Shown: positions 34,976 to 45,711, numbered from the stretch's first letter. The stretch: DNA of 64,000 nucleotides from Methanobacteriota archaeon (GCA_963787255.1 CAWBCJ010000029.1:832001-896000), one strand, 5' to 3'. Numbers and translations: made by a program. The notes: a model not told the origin generated them from the sequence alone.

Positions 34976-35716
34976 GTGATTTTTATGATAGAGATAACAC
35001 TACATGAAGGCCCTGCAAGGCTTGGAAAATACAATGGAGTAATAACACCAGAAATTTTACCCTCTTCACATAACCTAGAAATTGTAAAGGACGAACCCAT
35101 GCCTTATGACGTTCCAGAGGAACTTGCAAAATGGTCAGTAGATAGAACGATTGAATTTGCAAAAAATAGTAATGGTGAAGGCATTGCAGTCATTCACGGC
35201 GGAAAATATGTGAACTTAAGGGTTAAATGCGCTCAAAAACTGGATGATCTTGGATTTACAACATTATTAATAGCTAATTCTGAAGAACTTTTAAGAAATC
35301 CAAAAGATCTTGTAAATATAGTTTTAAATATAAGAAAAACAGTTAATCCTAATGCAGCACTTTATTTCCCATTTGCAGACCTAAATTTCATTCCTTTACT
35401 TTCTTACATGGGCATGGACCTCTTTGGAGGATTTACAGCCGAATATTATTCATATTTGAACATAATGTTAACTCCTCATGCTAAATACGACCTTGAAAAA
35501 TATCATATATTCGATTTAAACCCCTCTGAGCTAAAAGACTATAATAAAAACAGCATGGACTTTGTAGTTAGGGAAGTGAGGGAAAATATAAAAAATGGAA
35601 CCCTCCGAAACTTAGTTGAAGAGCGTTGCTGCACTTCTCCAGAGGCTATGACCGCACTCAGGCTACTTGATAAAAATTATACTAAATTTTTAGACAATTT
35701 CACGCCTTTATATTAG
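34976..35716 (+). CDS. Archaeosine tRNA-ribosyltransferase-like protein (probably N-terminal TGT-like part of split ArcS)
   Basis: HEGPARLG, MPYDVP, MGMDLF and GTLRNLVEER motifs. Confidence 0.7.
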   Translation: MIFMIEITLHEGPARLGKYNGVITPEILPSSHNLEIVKDEPMPYDVPEELAKWSVDRTIEFAKNSNGEGIAVIHGGKYVNLRVKCAQKLDDLGFTTLLIANSEELLRNPKDLVNIVLNIRKTVNPNAALYFPFADLNFIPLLSYMGMDLFGGFTAEYYSYLNIMLTPHAKYDLEKYHIFDLNPSELKDYNKNSMDFVVREVRENIKNGTLRNLVEERCCTSPEAMTALRLLDKNYTKFLDNFTPLY

Positions 35717-35768
35717 ATTTGTCTAAATTATTTATTCAAAATAATAATTTTTTAAAATTAAAATATAA

Positions 35769-36344
35769 TTATTTTTTAACTGCAATAACTGCGTAATGAT
35801 AATCTCCTACTTCTTCTACACTTTTAAAATTCAAATAATGACTTTCAACTATTTCTTTAATTAGTTTTGGAGCTATTCTAACATTCATTGGTGGGCCCGG
35901 TGTATTTTCAATTTTTTTAAATTCAATAACTGCAAAAGTGCCTTCTGGCTTCAGTATTCTTTTAACTTCGCTCATTACTTTCTCTGTGTCATTATTCTGC
36001 ACAAAACCATGTAAAACGTTGGCCATGTAGCATATATCTACTGTTTCGTTTTTTATGGGGATTTTTTTGCTTATATCGGCAATAATTGGAGTTATATTTT
36101 CTATATTTTTACTTTCTATCTCTTTTTTGAGAATATCCATGGATTCTTCATAAATGTCCACAGCATATACTTTCCCCTTTTCTCCAACTATTGATGAAGC
36201 GGCAAGAGACATGTATCCATCGCCAGAACCCGCATCTAAAAATACATCTCCTTCCTTAAGTCCGATCGTGCTTAATACCCGTGAGGTATCCAGTATTTCC
36301 CTGCTGGAGCGCCCATGGTGGAAGTGTTTTCCTGATTTTTCCAT
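35769..36344 (-). CDS. Class I SAM methyltransferase with His-rich N-terminus
   Basis: LDAGSGDG, VYAVD, ANVLHG and RILKPEG motifs. Confidence 0.88.
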   Translation of the reverse strand: MEKSGKHFHHGRSSREILDTSRVLSTIGLKEGDVFLDAGSGDGYMSLAASSIVGEKGKVYAVDIYEESMDILKKEIESKNIENITPIIADISKKIPIKNETVDICYMANVLHGFVQNNDTEKVMSEVKRILKPEGTFAVIEFKKIENTPGPPMNVRIAPKLIKEIVESHYLNFKSVEEVGDYHYAVIAVKK

Positions 36345-36485
36345 TTTATCACCTTTTAATAAAAATAATTTATGAGGACACATGATCCTTTAAAAATAGT
36401 ATTTGAACTTATTGGATATTAAATATTCCGTATTTTAAATTAAATAGATATTGTGATTTAATTGGGAAAAAAGAAAAAAAAAGAT

Positions 36486-36797
36486 TTATTTTTCCTGCCA
36501 TCTTACATTAATTCTTTCCTGTCCCTTGGAAATTACTTCTTCTGCTTTTCTTACAGTTTCCATACTAAAATTTGGGTTATTTGTTGCTCCAGGTAAGTGA
36601 TTTCTTGCCCCTGCTGCATTTTTAAGTAGTTTACCTCCGGCATCGGGAGGATTAACTGTTACATTACTTTCAAATTCTTTGATGTCTCCACTTGCTTTTT
36701 CCATTCTTTCCTCTTTATCTGTTACCCATACTTCTGAAGTTTTACCTTCTTCTCCATAATCTTTCTTTTCAGTACGTCTTTCTTCCATATTTATCAC
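36486..36797 (-). CDS. Hypothetical hydrophilic protein
   Basis: ORF with GAGGTGA SD-like site; no motif recognised. Confidence 0.6.
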   Translation of the reverse strand: MINMEERRTEKKDYGEEGKTSEVWVTDKEERMEKASGDIKEFESNVTVNPPDAGGKLLKNAAGARNHLPGATNNPNFSMETVRKAEEVISKGQERINVRWQEK

Positions 36798-37188
36798 CTC
36801 ATTTAATAATTAAAAAAATTTCAATCATGATATTATAAGTATATGTGGCGATTTGATTGTTATTAATACGTATATTGTAATTTTAAAGGATTAAATTGAA
36901 GTTATAACTTGAAAGTATGAATGTTAACTTCTAATTTTGATGTTTAAATTATAAATAATTTACTACAATTTTTCTTATTAGTATTATTTTTAGAAAAATA
37001 AAAAATTTATTCACTAAACCCATAAAAAAAATAAATTAGAAGTTTATTTAAAAATAAATTGTATTTGAAATCATTTTTACAATTTTCATATTGATAGATT
37101 TAAAAAATCTAGAAAGATATTGCAATACTCAAGTACTTGAATAATAATAAACAAAAAAAAGTAATATCAAGCTCAAAGGTGAAAAAAA

Positions 37189-37419
37189 ATGATAGAAAAG
37201 CTGGAAGTTAGTCTGATAAACGAAAATGTGCATAATTTTAAAAGAGGCGAGTTTGGGGTGCAAAAAATTGAGATTAACGAAGATAAAGGTTTAATTGAAA
37301 TAACGTATGAGCGTAAGGAGGATGGGATAAAAATGGTAATAATTCCTATGCAGAATATCGAAAAAGTTGATTATACAGAAAAAATGGTGAAAAAAGAACC
37401 ACCTGAAGAGAAAAAATAA
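37189..37419 (+). CDS. Hypothetical small protein
   Basis: AGGTGA SD upstream; host-like codon usage. Confidence 0.65.
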   Translation: MIEKLEVSLINENVHNFKRGEFGVQKIEINEDKGLIEITYERKEDGIKMVIIPMQNIEKVDYTEKMVKKEPPEEKK

Positions 37420-37439
37420 GTATATAATTAAATTTAAAA

Positions 37440-38375
37440 TTAAAGGTAATTTGTAATAATTAATTCGTTAATTCCACCCCTTTTTGAAATATCACTGTTA
37501 ATATGTCTTTTAGCAACAATTCTACCGATATTATAATTTTTATAGAGATCATCGAAAAAATTATCATTTTTATCCATATTTTTAGGGTCAGAATTACTCA
37601 ACATTAAATAGGCACCCTTTTCATTCATTTTATAAAAAAATTTGGCTAGTCTCACCTGATCTTCGTCCAAGAATCCATTTTTAGCATAGGTGGTAAAGTT
37701 TGAAGTTCTACTAAGTGGTCTGTAGGGAGGATCAAGGTACACAAGACTTTCTTTTTCTATACAATTGCACGAATCAGTGAAGTCAGCAAAGTAAATCTCT
37801 GTATTTTGCAGTGCTTTATTTACAGCAATAATGTTGCATTCATCAAGTATCTTAGGATTTTTATAACGTCCAAAGGGAACATTAAACTCTCCTTTTAAGT
37901 TTTGACGGAAAAGGCCGTTAAAACATGTTTTATTTAAGAATATTAAATAGCTCGTTCTTTCATTCCAGTTTTCATTATAGCTATTATAATCAAAATCATC
38001 CATTTGCTTGTTATATTCTCCTCTAATTTGATAATAGTGCTCTTTTCGATTATCCTCAGATTTTTGGATATGCTTATCTTCTATTTCTCTTAATTTATCA
38101 ATTAGTGCATTAGGATCAATTTGAATAGTTCTATAAGCAATTATAAGCTCTTTATTAATATCGAAAAGATAAGAATCTTTAATTTCGTATTTTCTTTTTA
38201 AATAGAAAAATAGGGCCCCTCCACCAACAAAAGGCTCAATGTATTTTTTAATTATTCCAGTTTCTAGGATAGATGATGGTAATCTTTTTTCAAACTCGTT
38301 TAAAAGTTGAGTTTTCCCACCAGCCCATTTAAGGAATGGTCTGGCATTTATGGATTTAATAGCATTTTTTTTCAT
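37440..38375 (-). CDS. dam: Dam/DpnM-family N6-adenine DNA methyltransferase, orphan
   Basis: KWAGGK, EPFVGGG, FNGLFRQN.KGEFNVPFG, DPPY and LSNS motifs. Confidence 0.9.
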   Translation of the reverse strand: MKKNAIKSINARPFLKWAGGKTQLLNEFEKRLPSSILETGIIKKYIEPFVGGGALFFYLKRKYEIKDSYLFDINKELIIAYRTIQIDPNALIDKLREIEDKHIQKSEDNRKEHYYQIRGEYNKQMDDFDYNSYNENWNERTSYLIFLNKTCFNGLFRQNLKGEFNVPFGRYKNPKILDECNIIAVNKALQNTEIYFADFTDSCNCIEKESLVYLDPPYRPLSRTSNFTTYAKNGFLDEDQVRLAKFFYKMNEKGAYLMLSNSDPKNMDKNDNFFDDLYKNYNIGRIVAKRHINSDISKRGGINELIITNYL

Positions 38376-38388
38376 ATTCCTCTAATTT

Positions 38389-39174
38389 TTATCCTTCTAG
38401 AAACTCTTTTGGCGCGCCGCAGATCCTGACAAGATATTCTGCTTCCATAAAATGCAGTTTGCTTGGAATAATTAAACAGTGAAGTGGCCCCCCGAAATCT
38501 TCACCAATAAGTGTTTTAATTCTATCTGCACGTACTAATGGTTTATCTGAGCCTGCTCGAGCAACTGCAACTGCAAGAGAATCTCCAGACAAAATATTTT
38601 CATTTCTTTCTTCTTCCACTTTTATAAGATAATCTAATCCTTCATTAGCAGTCATGTAACGGTTTTCATGGGCTCTTATATCTAAAAGAACCAGTGAATG
38701 CGCATCTAATTCCATATTTGCTTTTATTGCAAGGTAGGGAGAATGTGGAAAGTAATTTTTCTCGGGAAATGGAATGGTAGTAACTTTCCCAAACTTATAA
38801 GCCTGAAGGCCTGCAAGTCCGGGAGCAGCAGATAAAATTGAGGATGAATGGATTACTGTGGTTTCAATATTCATTTTCTTGGCTTCAATCATCATATCTG
38901 TATGCGTAGTCGCGATTAAGGGGTCTCCAGCTGCTAAAAAGGCAACATCTTTTTCCATGGCCGCATTTAACGGTATATTGTATTCTTCAACCTCTTCTCT
39001 GGTTAAAACTCTTATTTCTTTACTTATTATATCTTCAACAGCAGATAAAGTTGTTCCAAATAGATTAGCTGTGTAAAACTCGGCATAAATGTCATCAACT
39101 TTTTTAAGTACTTCAATTCCCTTTAGGGATATGTCTTTTTCGTCATAAAGACCTAAGCCGATAAAATAAAGCAT
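38389..39174 (-). CDS. dph5: Diphthine synthase
   Basis: MLYFIGLGL, GDPLIATTH, YKFG and HSLVLLD motifs. Confidence 0.95.
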   Translation of the reverse strand: MLYFIGLGLYDEKDISLKGIEVLKKVDDIYAEFYTANLFGTTLSAVEDIISKEIRVLTREEVEEYNIPLNAAMEKDVAFLAAGDPLIATTHTDMMIEAKKMNIETTVIHSSSILSAAPGLAGLQAYKFGKVTTIPFPEKNYFPHSPYLAIKANMELDAHSLVLLDIRAHENRYMTANEGLDYLIKVEEERNENILSGDSLAVAVARAGSDKPLVRADRIKTLIGEDFGGPLHCLIIPSKLHFMEAEYLVRICGAPKEFLEG

Positions 39175-39268
39175 AATTATCACCGTGTAATTTTTAAATA
39201 TCAATTATCAACAACTATTATATTTTAATCTAGATAATATTTAGTTATATCTTAAAGAACTTTATTTA

Positions 39269-40303
39269 ATGAGGATACTCATGATTGGCCTAAAAATCGA
39301 GAAAAAAAGAGCAAATGATGCACGTAAACTATTATTAAATCATTCAATTATTAATCTTGAAGCTAAAATAAAGCGTGAAAATGATTTTGTTATTATTCCA
39401 CTTATAATGGAGCCAGAAAAGGATTTATTAATAGAAATTGGGCAAGATAAAGCTGAAATTATTGATACTACCTTTGAAATACAAAAAAGAGGCCCCAAAA
39501 GTCTCAAGGATTATCTTAAAGGTAAAATTGAAGATGCAAAAATTGAAGAAATTAGAGGTTCGTTTGATATAATTGGAGATATTGTTATACTTGAAATCCC
39601 TGAGGATTTAGAAGGCTATAAAAACTTAATTGGGGAAGCTGCACTTAAATTCACCAAAAGAAAAGCTGTTTTTAGAAAAAAAAGTGAAATTAAAGGAATC
39701 ATTAGAACAAGAGAACTTGAACACATAGCAGGAGAAGAGATATCTGAAACAATTCATAAAGAATTTGGATGTAAACTGATGCTTGATGTTAAAAAAGTAT
39801 ATTTCAGCCCGAGATTGGCTACAGAGCGAAAAAGGGTAGCTGATAACGTAAAAGATAACGAGATAATAGTTGACATGTTTGCAGGAGTTGGGCCGTTCCC
39901 AATTCTCATAGCCAAAGATCATGATGTGCAGATTTATGCAATTGACATCAATCCAGAGGCTTACAAGTACATGCAGAAAAATATTGATCTTAATAAAGTT
40001 CAAGATAAAGTGATTCCAATTTTAGGGGATGTAAGGGAAGTTTTAGAAGATAAAAACTTAAAAGTGGATCGTATTGTAATGAATCTTCCGGGAACTGCAT
40101 TTGAATTTCTGGATTCTGCAATGAATTCCATTAAAGATGGGGGAATTATTCATTATTATGAGTTTTCTGAAGGTTTTGAAAAACCAGTTGAAAGGCTTAA
40201 AAAAGCAGCTTATCCGAGGAAAGTTGAAATTTTAAATAAAAGAAAAGTTCGGTCAAGAAGCCCTGGTAAATGGCATATTGGGATTGATGTAAGGGTTTTT
40301 TAA
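39269..40303 (+). CDS. trm5: tRNA (guanine37-N1)-methyltransferase Trm5
   Basis: FDIIGDI, YFSPRL..ER, DMFAGVGPF and MNLP motifs. Confidence 0.92.
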   Translation: MRILMIGLKIEKKRANDARKLLLNHSIINLEAKIKRENDFVIIPLIMEPEKDLLIEIGQDKAEIIDTTFEIQKRGPKSLKDYLKGKIEDAKIEEIRGSFDIIGDIVILEIPEDLEGYKNLIGEAALKFTKRKAVFRKKSEIKGIIRTRELEHIAGEEISETIHKEFGCKLMLDVKKVYFSPRLATERKRVADNVKDNEIIVDMFAGVGPFPILIAKDHDVQIYAIDINPEAYKYMQKNIDLNKVQDKVIPILGDVREVLEDKNLKVDRIVMNLPGTAFEFLDSAMNSIKDGGIIHYYEFSEGFEKPVERLKKAAYPRKVEILNKRKVRSRSPGKWHIGIDVRVF

Positions 40304-40501
40304 GTTAATAAAATGGGAAATAGTGTGATGTTAAGTAAACATCATCTAAACTTAAGATAAATTTATTAATTTTATAATACTTATTATTACTATGCAGATT
40401 AAAATAAATAGTATATTGATAGACGACAAGGACAAAGCCCTTAAACATACGGAGATTTTGAGCTTTATTAAAAAAGAATGCATAAATAAGGTGAACCCAA
40501 A

Positions 40502-40999
40502 ATGACAAATCAAAGTAATAATGGGAATGAATTAATCATCACACGCATTTTCAATGCGCCGCCTAAGCTCGTGTGGAAGGCATGGACAAATCCTGACATG
40601 CTCATGCAGTGGTGGGGGCCAAAAGACTTTACATCACCCATCTCGAAGATAGATCTCCGAGTTGGAGGTGAATATTTCAACTGTATGCGTTCACCCGATG
40701 GCCAAGATTTTTGCAGCAAAGGCATTTATCGCGAAGTCGTAGAACTTGAAAGACTAGTCATGACCGATTCCTTCGCGGATAAGGAAGGCAACATGGTTCC
40801 AGCTTCATACTACGGGCTAGGTCCCGACTTCCCAATGGAAATGAAGATCACAGTAACATTCAAAGAAGAAGAAGGTAAGACAAAGCTCACCTTGAAACAT
40901 TCCGACGTCAAAAGCCTCAATGACACGGACCTTAATGATATGCGACAGGGTTGGAACGAATCCTTCGACAAACTCGCCGATGTCATGGCTAAGATTTGA
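40502..40999 (+). CDS. SRPBCC/AHSA1 domain protein
   Basis: RIFNAP..LVWKAWT, WWGP, DLRVGG and GWNESFDKL motifs. Confidence 0.9.
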   Translation: MTNQSNNGNELIITRIFNAPPKLVWKAWTNPDMLMQWWGPKDFTSPISKIDLRVGGEYFNCMRSPDGQDFCSKGIYREVVELERLVMTDSFADKEGNMVPASYYGLGPDFPMEMKITVTFKEEEGKTKLTLKHSDVKSLNDTDLNDMRQGWNESFDKLADVMAKI

Positions 41000-41054
41000 A
41001 ACTGAAGAGAATTAAACAATAAAAATTAATTTTATATTAATGAGGTGATTAATA

Positions 41055-41546
41055 ATGGCAAAAAATACTACAAAAATTACTGCAGAACCCGGAAAACAGG
41101 AAATTTTTATTATAAGGGAGTTTGATGCACCTCGAGAGCTTGTTTTTAAAGTATTCACGGATCCTGAGCTTTATGCACAATGGATTGGGCCAAGAGGACT
41201 CAAAACCACGATTGAGATATTTGAGCCGAAAAATGGGGGATCCTGGCGATACATTCAAAAAGATCAGGAAGGTAATGAGTTTGCATTTCATGGAGTGAAT
41301 CATGAAGTTCTAGCTCCTGAAAGAATTATCGACACATTTGAGTTTGAAGGACTTCCGGAAACTGGGCATGTTATTCTCGAAACGGCGAAATTTGAAGCAT
41401 TGCCAGGGAATAGAACAAAATTAACATCCCAATCTGTATTCCAGTCGGTTGAGGATCGTGATGGAATGATGCAGTCAGGCATGGAAGAAGGGGTAAATGA
41501 ATCCTACGAACGTCTTGATGAGCTGTTGGAAAAGATGCAAAAATAG
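41055..41546 (+). CDS. SRPBCC/AHSA1 domain protein
   Basis: [21 protein letters not shown] and SGMEEG...ERL motifs. Confidence 0.9.
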   Translation: MAKNTTKITAEPGKQEIFIIREFDAPRELVFKVFTDPELYAQWIGPRGLKTTIEIFEPKNGGSWRYIQKDQEGNEFAFHGVNHEVLAPERIIDTFEFEGLPETGHVILETAKFEALPGNRTKLTSQSVFQSVEDRDGMMQSGMEEGVNESYERLDELLEKMQK

Positions 41547-41582
41547 AGTTTAGATGTTTAAAAATAAAAGGAGAAATTATAC

Positions 41583-42056
41583 ATGCAAAAAATCATTCCA
41601 TTCTTGTGGTTTGATAACCAAGCCGAAGAGGCAGCGAATTTTTATACCTCGATTTTTAAAAATTCAAAGATAGTGAGTATTAATCATTATGGAGAAGCAG
41701 GACCTCAACCGAAGGGAACGGTAATGTCTGTAACATTCGAGCTCGAAGGACAAGAATTTTATGCACTAAATGGTGGTCCAGTATTCACTTTCTCACCGGC
41801 CATATCATTCTTCGTCAATTGCGAAACGCAGGAAGAAGTAGATGAGTTGTGGGAGAAACTATCCGCGGGTGGAGAAAAACAGGGGCCTGGTTGGATTAAA
41901 GACAAATATGGCTTGTCATGGCAAGTTGTCCCTACAGTTTTGGGGGAAATGTTAAATGATCCTGATCCAGAAAAATCGCAAAGAGTAATGCAGGCAATGA
42001 TGCAAATGAATAAAATTGACATAGAAAAATTAAAGCAGGCATATGAGGGCCAATAA
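41583..42056 (+). CDS. VOC/PhnB-like glyoxalase-superfamily protein
   Basis: PFLWFD.QAEEA, ALNGGP and [13 protein letters not shown] motifs. Confidence 0.92.
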   Translation: MQKIIPFLWFDNQAEEAANFYTSIFKNSKIVSINHYGEAGPQPKGTVMSVTFELEGQEFYALNGGPVFTFSPAISFFVNCETQEEVDELWEKLSAGGEKQGPGWIKDKYGLSWQVVPTVLGEMLNDPDPEKSQRVMQAMMQMNKIDIEKLKQAYEGQ

Positions 42057-42089
42057 TCCATATTGGGAAGAATTTTGCCACAGAATCAT

Positions 42090-42464
42090 ATGAAAACTAA
42101 GAACATTGAAATTGTTTTGCAATTCAACGACTACATTAACAATCAAGATGTTAACGGTTTAGGGTCGCTAATTACAGATGATCATACTTTCATTGACACG
42201 TCCAACAATTCATTTAGCGGTAAAGAGAAGGTTCTTGATGCATGGAAAGGATTTTTTCAGCAATTTCCCGATTATCGAAACACATTCGAACATATTAAAT
42301 CGAGAGAGGATTTAGTTTTGATAACTGGATATTCAACCTCTTCAGAAAAGCAACTGGAAGGACCAGCCATTTGGACGGTAAAAGTCACCGCAGACAGAGT
42401 GGCGGAGTGGCGCGTCTATGACGACACTCCAGAAAATAGAAAATTGCTCAACATATTTTTTTAG
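42090..42464 (+). CDS. SnoaL/NTF2-like protein
   Basis: FND.IN..D...L......HTFID, W..FF..FPDY and EWRVY pattern. Confidence 0.8.
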   Translation: MKTKNIEIVLQFNDYINNQDVNGLGSLITDDHTFIDTSNNSFSGKEKVLDAWKGFFQQFPDYRNTFEHIKSREDLVLITGYSTSSEKQLEGPAIWTVKVTADRVAEWRVYDDTPENRKLLNIFF

Positions 42465-42488
42465 ATAAACAAAAGGAGGAAAAAATGT

Positions 42489-42944
42489 ATGAACGAAATG
42501 CATTTTTCAATTATTATAAATGCGCCGAAAGAAAAAGTTTGGAACACCATGCTCAACGCGGATACCTATCGGCAATGGACAGAGGTATTTGCACCCGGTT
42601 CACACTATGTTGGTGACTGGAATGAAGGAAGTAAAATACTTTTCCTTGCACCGGATGAGATGTCTGGAATGGCAAGCCGAGTAAAAGAAAACCGACCATA
42701 TGAATATGTTTCTATTGAAAACATTGGTATTGTGCAAGACGGGAAAGAAGACACTTCGAGCAAAGAGGCTAAGGATTATGCTGGATCGCTTGAAAATTAC
42801 ACATTTAAAGAAATGGATGGTAAAACTGAAGTGCGGGTGGATTTGTTTTCAGATACGGATGTAGAAGATGAGTACAAGGAGATGTTTCAGGACACATGGC
42901 TTAAAGCACTGAAAAAGCTTAAAGAACTAGCGGAAAAATCATGA
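42489..42944 (+). CDS. SRPBCC domain protein
   Basis: INAPKEKVW, Y.QWT..F, GDWNEGS and W.KAL..LKELAE motifs. Confidence 0.88.
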   Translation: MNEMHFSIIINAPKEKVWNTMLNADTYRQWTEVFAPGSHYVGDWNEGSKILFLAPDEMSGMASRVKENRPYEYVSIENIGIVQDGKEDTSSKEAKDYAGSLENYTFKEMDGKTEVRVDLFSDTDVEDEYKEMFQDTWLKALKKLKELAEKS

Positions 42945-43102
42945 CTAAAAATATAGAACAATTACCAGAACCAGGCCCTGCGCTCAAAGCTCTGGAAGTA
43001 TTTGTCGGCAAATGGAATACAGAAGGAAAATCTAAAATGAGCCCGCACAGCCCAGCCGTCAAGATAAGTGCAGTTGATACATACGAATGGCTGGTACTCT
43101 GA
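42941..43102 (+). pseudogene. N-terminal fragment of a DUF1579-like protein
   Basis: MTKNIEQLPEPGPALKALEVFVGKWNTEG...DTYEWL, then sequence switches to a different gene. Confidence 0.65.
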
Positions 43103-43503
43103 AGTCCTGGAAGGCATGGCGCAGATGAATCCAGAGACCGCAAAAGCCATGAAGCAGACTCCACTATATCAGTTTTATCCCGATGTTGATTGGGCGGTAC
43201 TCTTCACCAAGCTCGGTGATCTACTTAAACAGGATCATAATTGGTCGAAAGATGTTGCTGCAATCAATTCACCTGTTATGATTGCTTTCGCGGATGCGGA
43301 TGCCATTCGTATGGAGCATATCAAAGAGTTTTTTCGTGCTACTTGGCGGTGGTCTTAGGGATGCAGGCTTGGACGGTTCAGGGAGGCCAACATCGCAGCT
43401 TGCTATTGTGCCCGGTGCGACACACTATAATATTCTCTCTTTTACTGTGCTGTCTGATTTTGTTGAGGATTTCCTTGATGTACCCATGTCAGAAACCAAA
43501 TGA
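43089..43503 (+). pseudogene. C-terminal half of an alpha/beta hydrolase; frameshift near 43335
   Basis: GWYSEV...ADADAI...LLGGGLRDAG.DGSGRP..QLAIVPGATHY; nucleophile half is absent. Confidence 0.7.
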
Positions 43504-43703
43504 TTGGCAATTGCTGGAAAGCCATAAAAAACATGACTGCAACTCGATGTGGACAGAAGATAATTCAGAGAGCCTTTATGAACACAACAGAGAATCCAGA
43601 AATGAGAGATCCAATAATAATTTTATGAAAAATCACAACAAATACGATTATAGATTCAAACACCACAATAAACTATTAAAATCTTTTTAGGAGATTCATT
43701 AAC

Positions 43704-44720
43704 ATGATTTTAGCCATTACAATCTTTTTAATTCTATTGATAGGCATTTTAATATATTTTTATCTATCAAGACCAAAATTACCTCCTGAAACGAATGAAA
43801 TAATTGAAAACGTCTTAAATAGTGAGTTACCTGAAGTTGTCAGGGGTAAGACGGGTTTTGTGTCATCTGACGGCTTGAATATTTGGTATGAATGTATTTC
43901 TCCCGAAGGTTCATCGAAAGGAACTGTTTTGCTTATTATGGCGCAAGCGGGTAATGCTCTGGATTGGCCTCCCAAATTCGTTCGAGCATTTGTTGATTCT
44001 GGCTACCAGGTAATTCGATACGATCACAGAGGAACAGGGATGTCTGATTGGGTTGAAGGATGGGATCGTAAGAACCCTTATTTGTTGGTAGATATGGCCG
44101 GTGACGCTGTTGCGGTATTAAATGCGCTTAATATTCAAAAGGTGCATATTGTAGGTCTTTCTATGGGAGGAATGATAGCGCAAGAAGTTGCTATTAATTA
44201 CCAGGATAGAGTTGCTTCTCTCACGTTAATTATGACATCTGGCTATATTGGAGATCCTGATATACCTAATTTATCGTCACGTTATTTCTTTAGCTCTATT
44301 TTGAAAGGCATTCCATTACTAAAGTATCGTCTAATTGGCGGCGAGAAAAACATGATAAAAGAACGTATCGCTAAAACAATTAGTGTGGTAGGATATGAAG
44401 GGTTGGATATTAAAGAAATAGCTGAAGTAGTTCTTTATGATGTTCGAAAACGAAGAGGCGTTAATATTAAGGCAATATTTCAACATCAAACTGCCGTTAG
44501 TATTTCAGGCTCAAGATATGAAAAATTAAAAACTCTCAATGTACCGACTTTGGTAATTCACGGAACGGATGATTCAATTATTCCGGTTGAGCATGGAAAG
44601 AAACTCGTAGAGGTGATACCAAATGCAGAGGGCTTGTGGTTAGGTGGTATTGGTCATATTTTTCCGTATCCTGACATGGACGATATTAATAAAACTATTA
44701 TTTCAAATTTTAAAAGATAA
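43704..44720 (+). CDS. Alpha/beta hydrolase with N-terminal membrane anchor
   Basis: YDHRGTG, GLSMGG (GxSxG), HGTDD and GH triad motifs. Confidence 0.9.
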   Translation: MILAITIFLILLIGILIYFYLSRPKLPPETNEIIENVLNSELPEVVRGKTGFVSSDGLNIWYECISPEGSSKGTVLLIMAQAGNALDWPPKFVRAFVDSGYQVIRYDHRGTGMSDWVEGWDRKNPYLLVDMAGDAVAVLNALNIQKVHIVGLSMGGMIAQEVAINYQDRVASLTLIMTSGYIGDPDIPNLSSRYFFSSILKGIPLLKYRLIGGEKNMIKERIAKTISVVGYEGLDIKEIAEVVLYDVRKRRGVNIKAIFQHQTAVSISGSRYEKLKTLNVPTLVIHGTDDSIIPVEHGKKLVEVIPNAEGLWLGGIGHIFPYPDMDDINKTIISNFKR

Positions 44721-44781
44721 AGGACTATTTCAATGAAAAAAGATATTACAGAGTTTAATTGTATGTTTTTCAGTAAATAAA

Positions 44782-45711
44782 TTAGAATGGTTCTAAAATC
44801 CCTTCTTCAGTAATTATTCCAGTAATTAAATCGCTTGGCACAATATCGAATGAAGGATTCTCTACTTCGGTTCCTTCAGGCGCGATGCGGCATTCTCCAA
44901 AATACAATACTTCATTAGGGTCACGTTCTTCTATTTCTGTGTCATAAATTGAATTTTTAAAATCAAATGTACTTTTTGGTGCTGCAACATAAAATGGAAC
45001 TCCAAATCTTTTTGCAGCAAGTGCAACCATTAATGTACCTATTTTATTGGCGATACCTCCTTTAGCAACTCTATCTGCTCCAACAACAACTTTATTTACT
45101 TTTCCCACTTGCATCATGCGTGCAGCAGCGTTGTCAACAATTAATTTCACCGGAATTTTTTCCTGTTGCATTTCAAAGACGGATAGTTTTGCTCCCTGGC
45201 AAAAAGGCCTTGTTTCATCGCATATAACTTTTATTTTTTTACCTTCATGGAATGCAGCTCTAATAACGCCTAGAGCTGTTCCGTAATCTACACATGCAAG
45301 TGCTCCAGCGTTACAATGGGTTAAAATAGTGTCTCCATCATCTATTACTTTTGCACCATGTTTTCCTATGGCTTTATTGGTTTCAATGTCTTCATCGTAC
45401 ATCTTTAAAGCTTCATCTAAAGCCGAATCAGCATTGAGTACTCTATCTACTGCCCAGAAGAGATTCACTGCAGTTGGTCTTGCAGCTTTAATTTCTTCAC
45501 CTGCTTTTTGTAGGTCTTCTCCTTCTAGTTCTGCAAGCGCCATCCCAAAAGCTGCAGCTACTCCTATTGCTGGAGCTCCTCTGACTTTCATAGTTTTTAT
45601 CCCGTGAATAACGTCATTATAGTTTTTACATTCAAAATAAGTGATTTCGTCAGGTAGTTTGGTTTGATCTAATAAAAACAGATGATTATCTTTCCAGTAC
45701 ATTGTCTTCAT
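44782..45711 (-). CDS. mtnA: Methylthioribose-1-phosphate isomerase
   Basis: VRGAPAIG, RPTAVNL, THCNAG, ETRP and NKIGT motifs. Confidence 0.93.
   Translation of the reverse strand: MKTMYWKDNHLFLLDQTKLPDEITYFECKNYNDVIHGIKTMKVRGAPAIGVAAAFGMALAELEGEDLQKAGEEIKAARPTAVNLFWAVDRVLNADSALDEALKMYDEDIETNKAIGKHGAKVIDDGDTILTHCNAGALACVDYGTALGVIRAAFHEGKKIKVICDETRPFCQGAKLSVFEMQQEKIPVKLIVDNAAARMMQVGKVNKVVVGADRVAKGGIANKIGTLMVALAAKRFGVPFYVAAPKSTFDFKNSIYDTEIEERDPNEVLYFGECRIAPEGTEVENPSFDIVPSDLITGIITEEGILEPF

Noticed and set aside
40502-44720. Integron cassette array
   Set aside because: No attC-like inverted repeats or recurring spacer sequence, no integrase, and the spacers are simple SD regions
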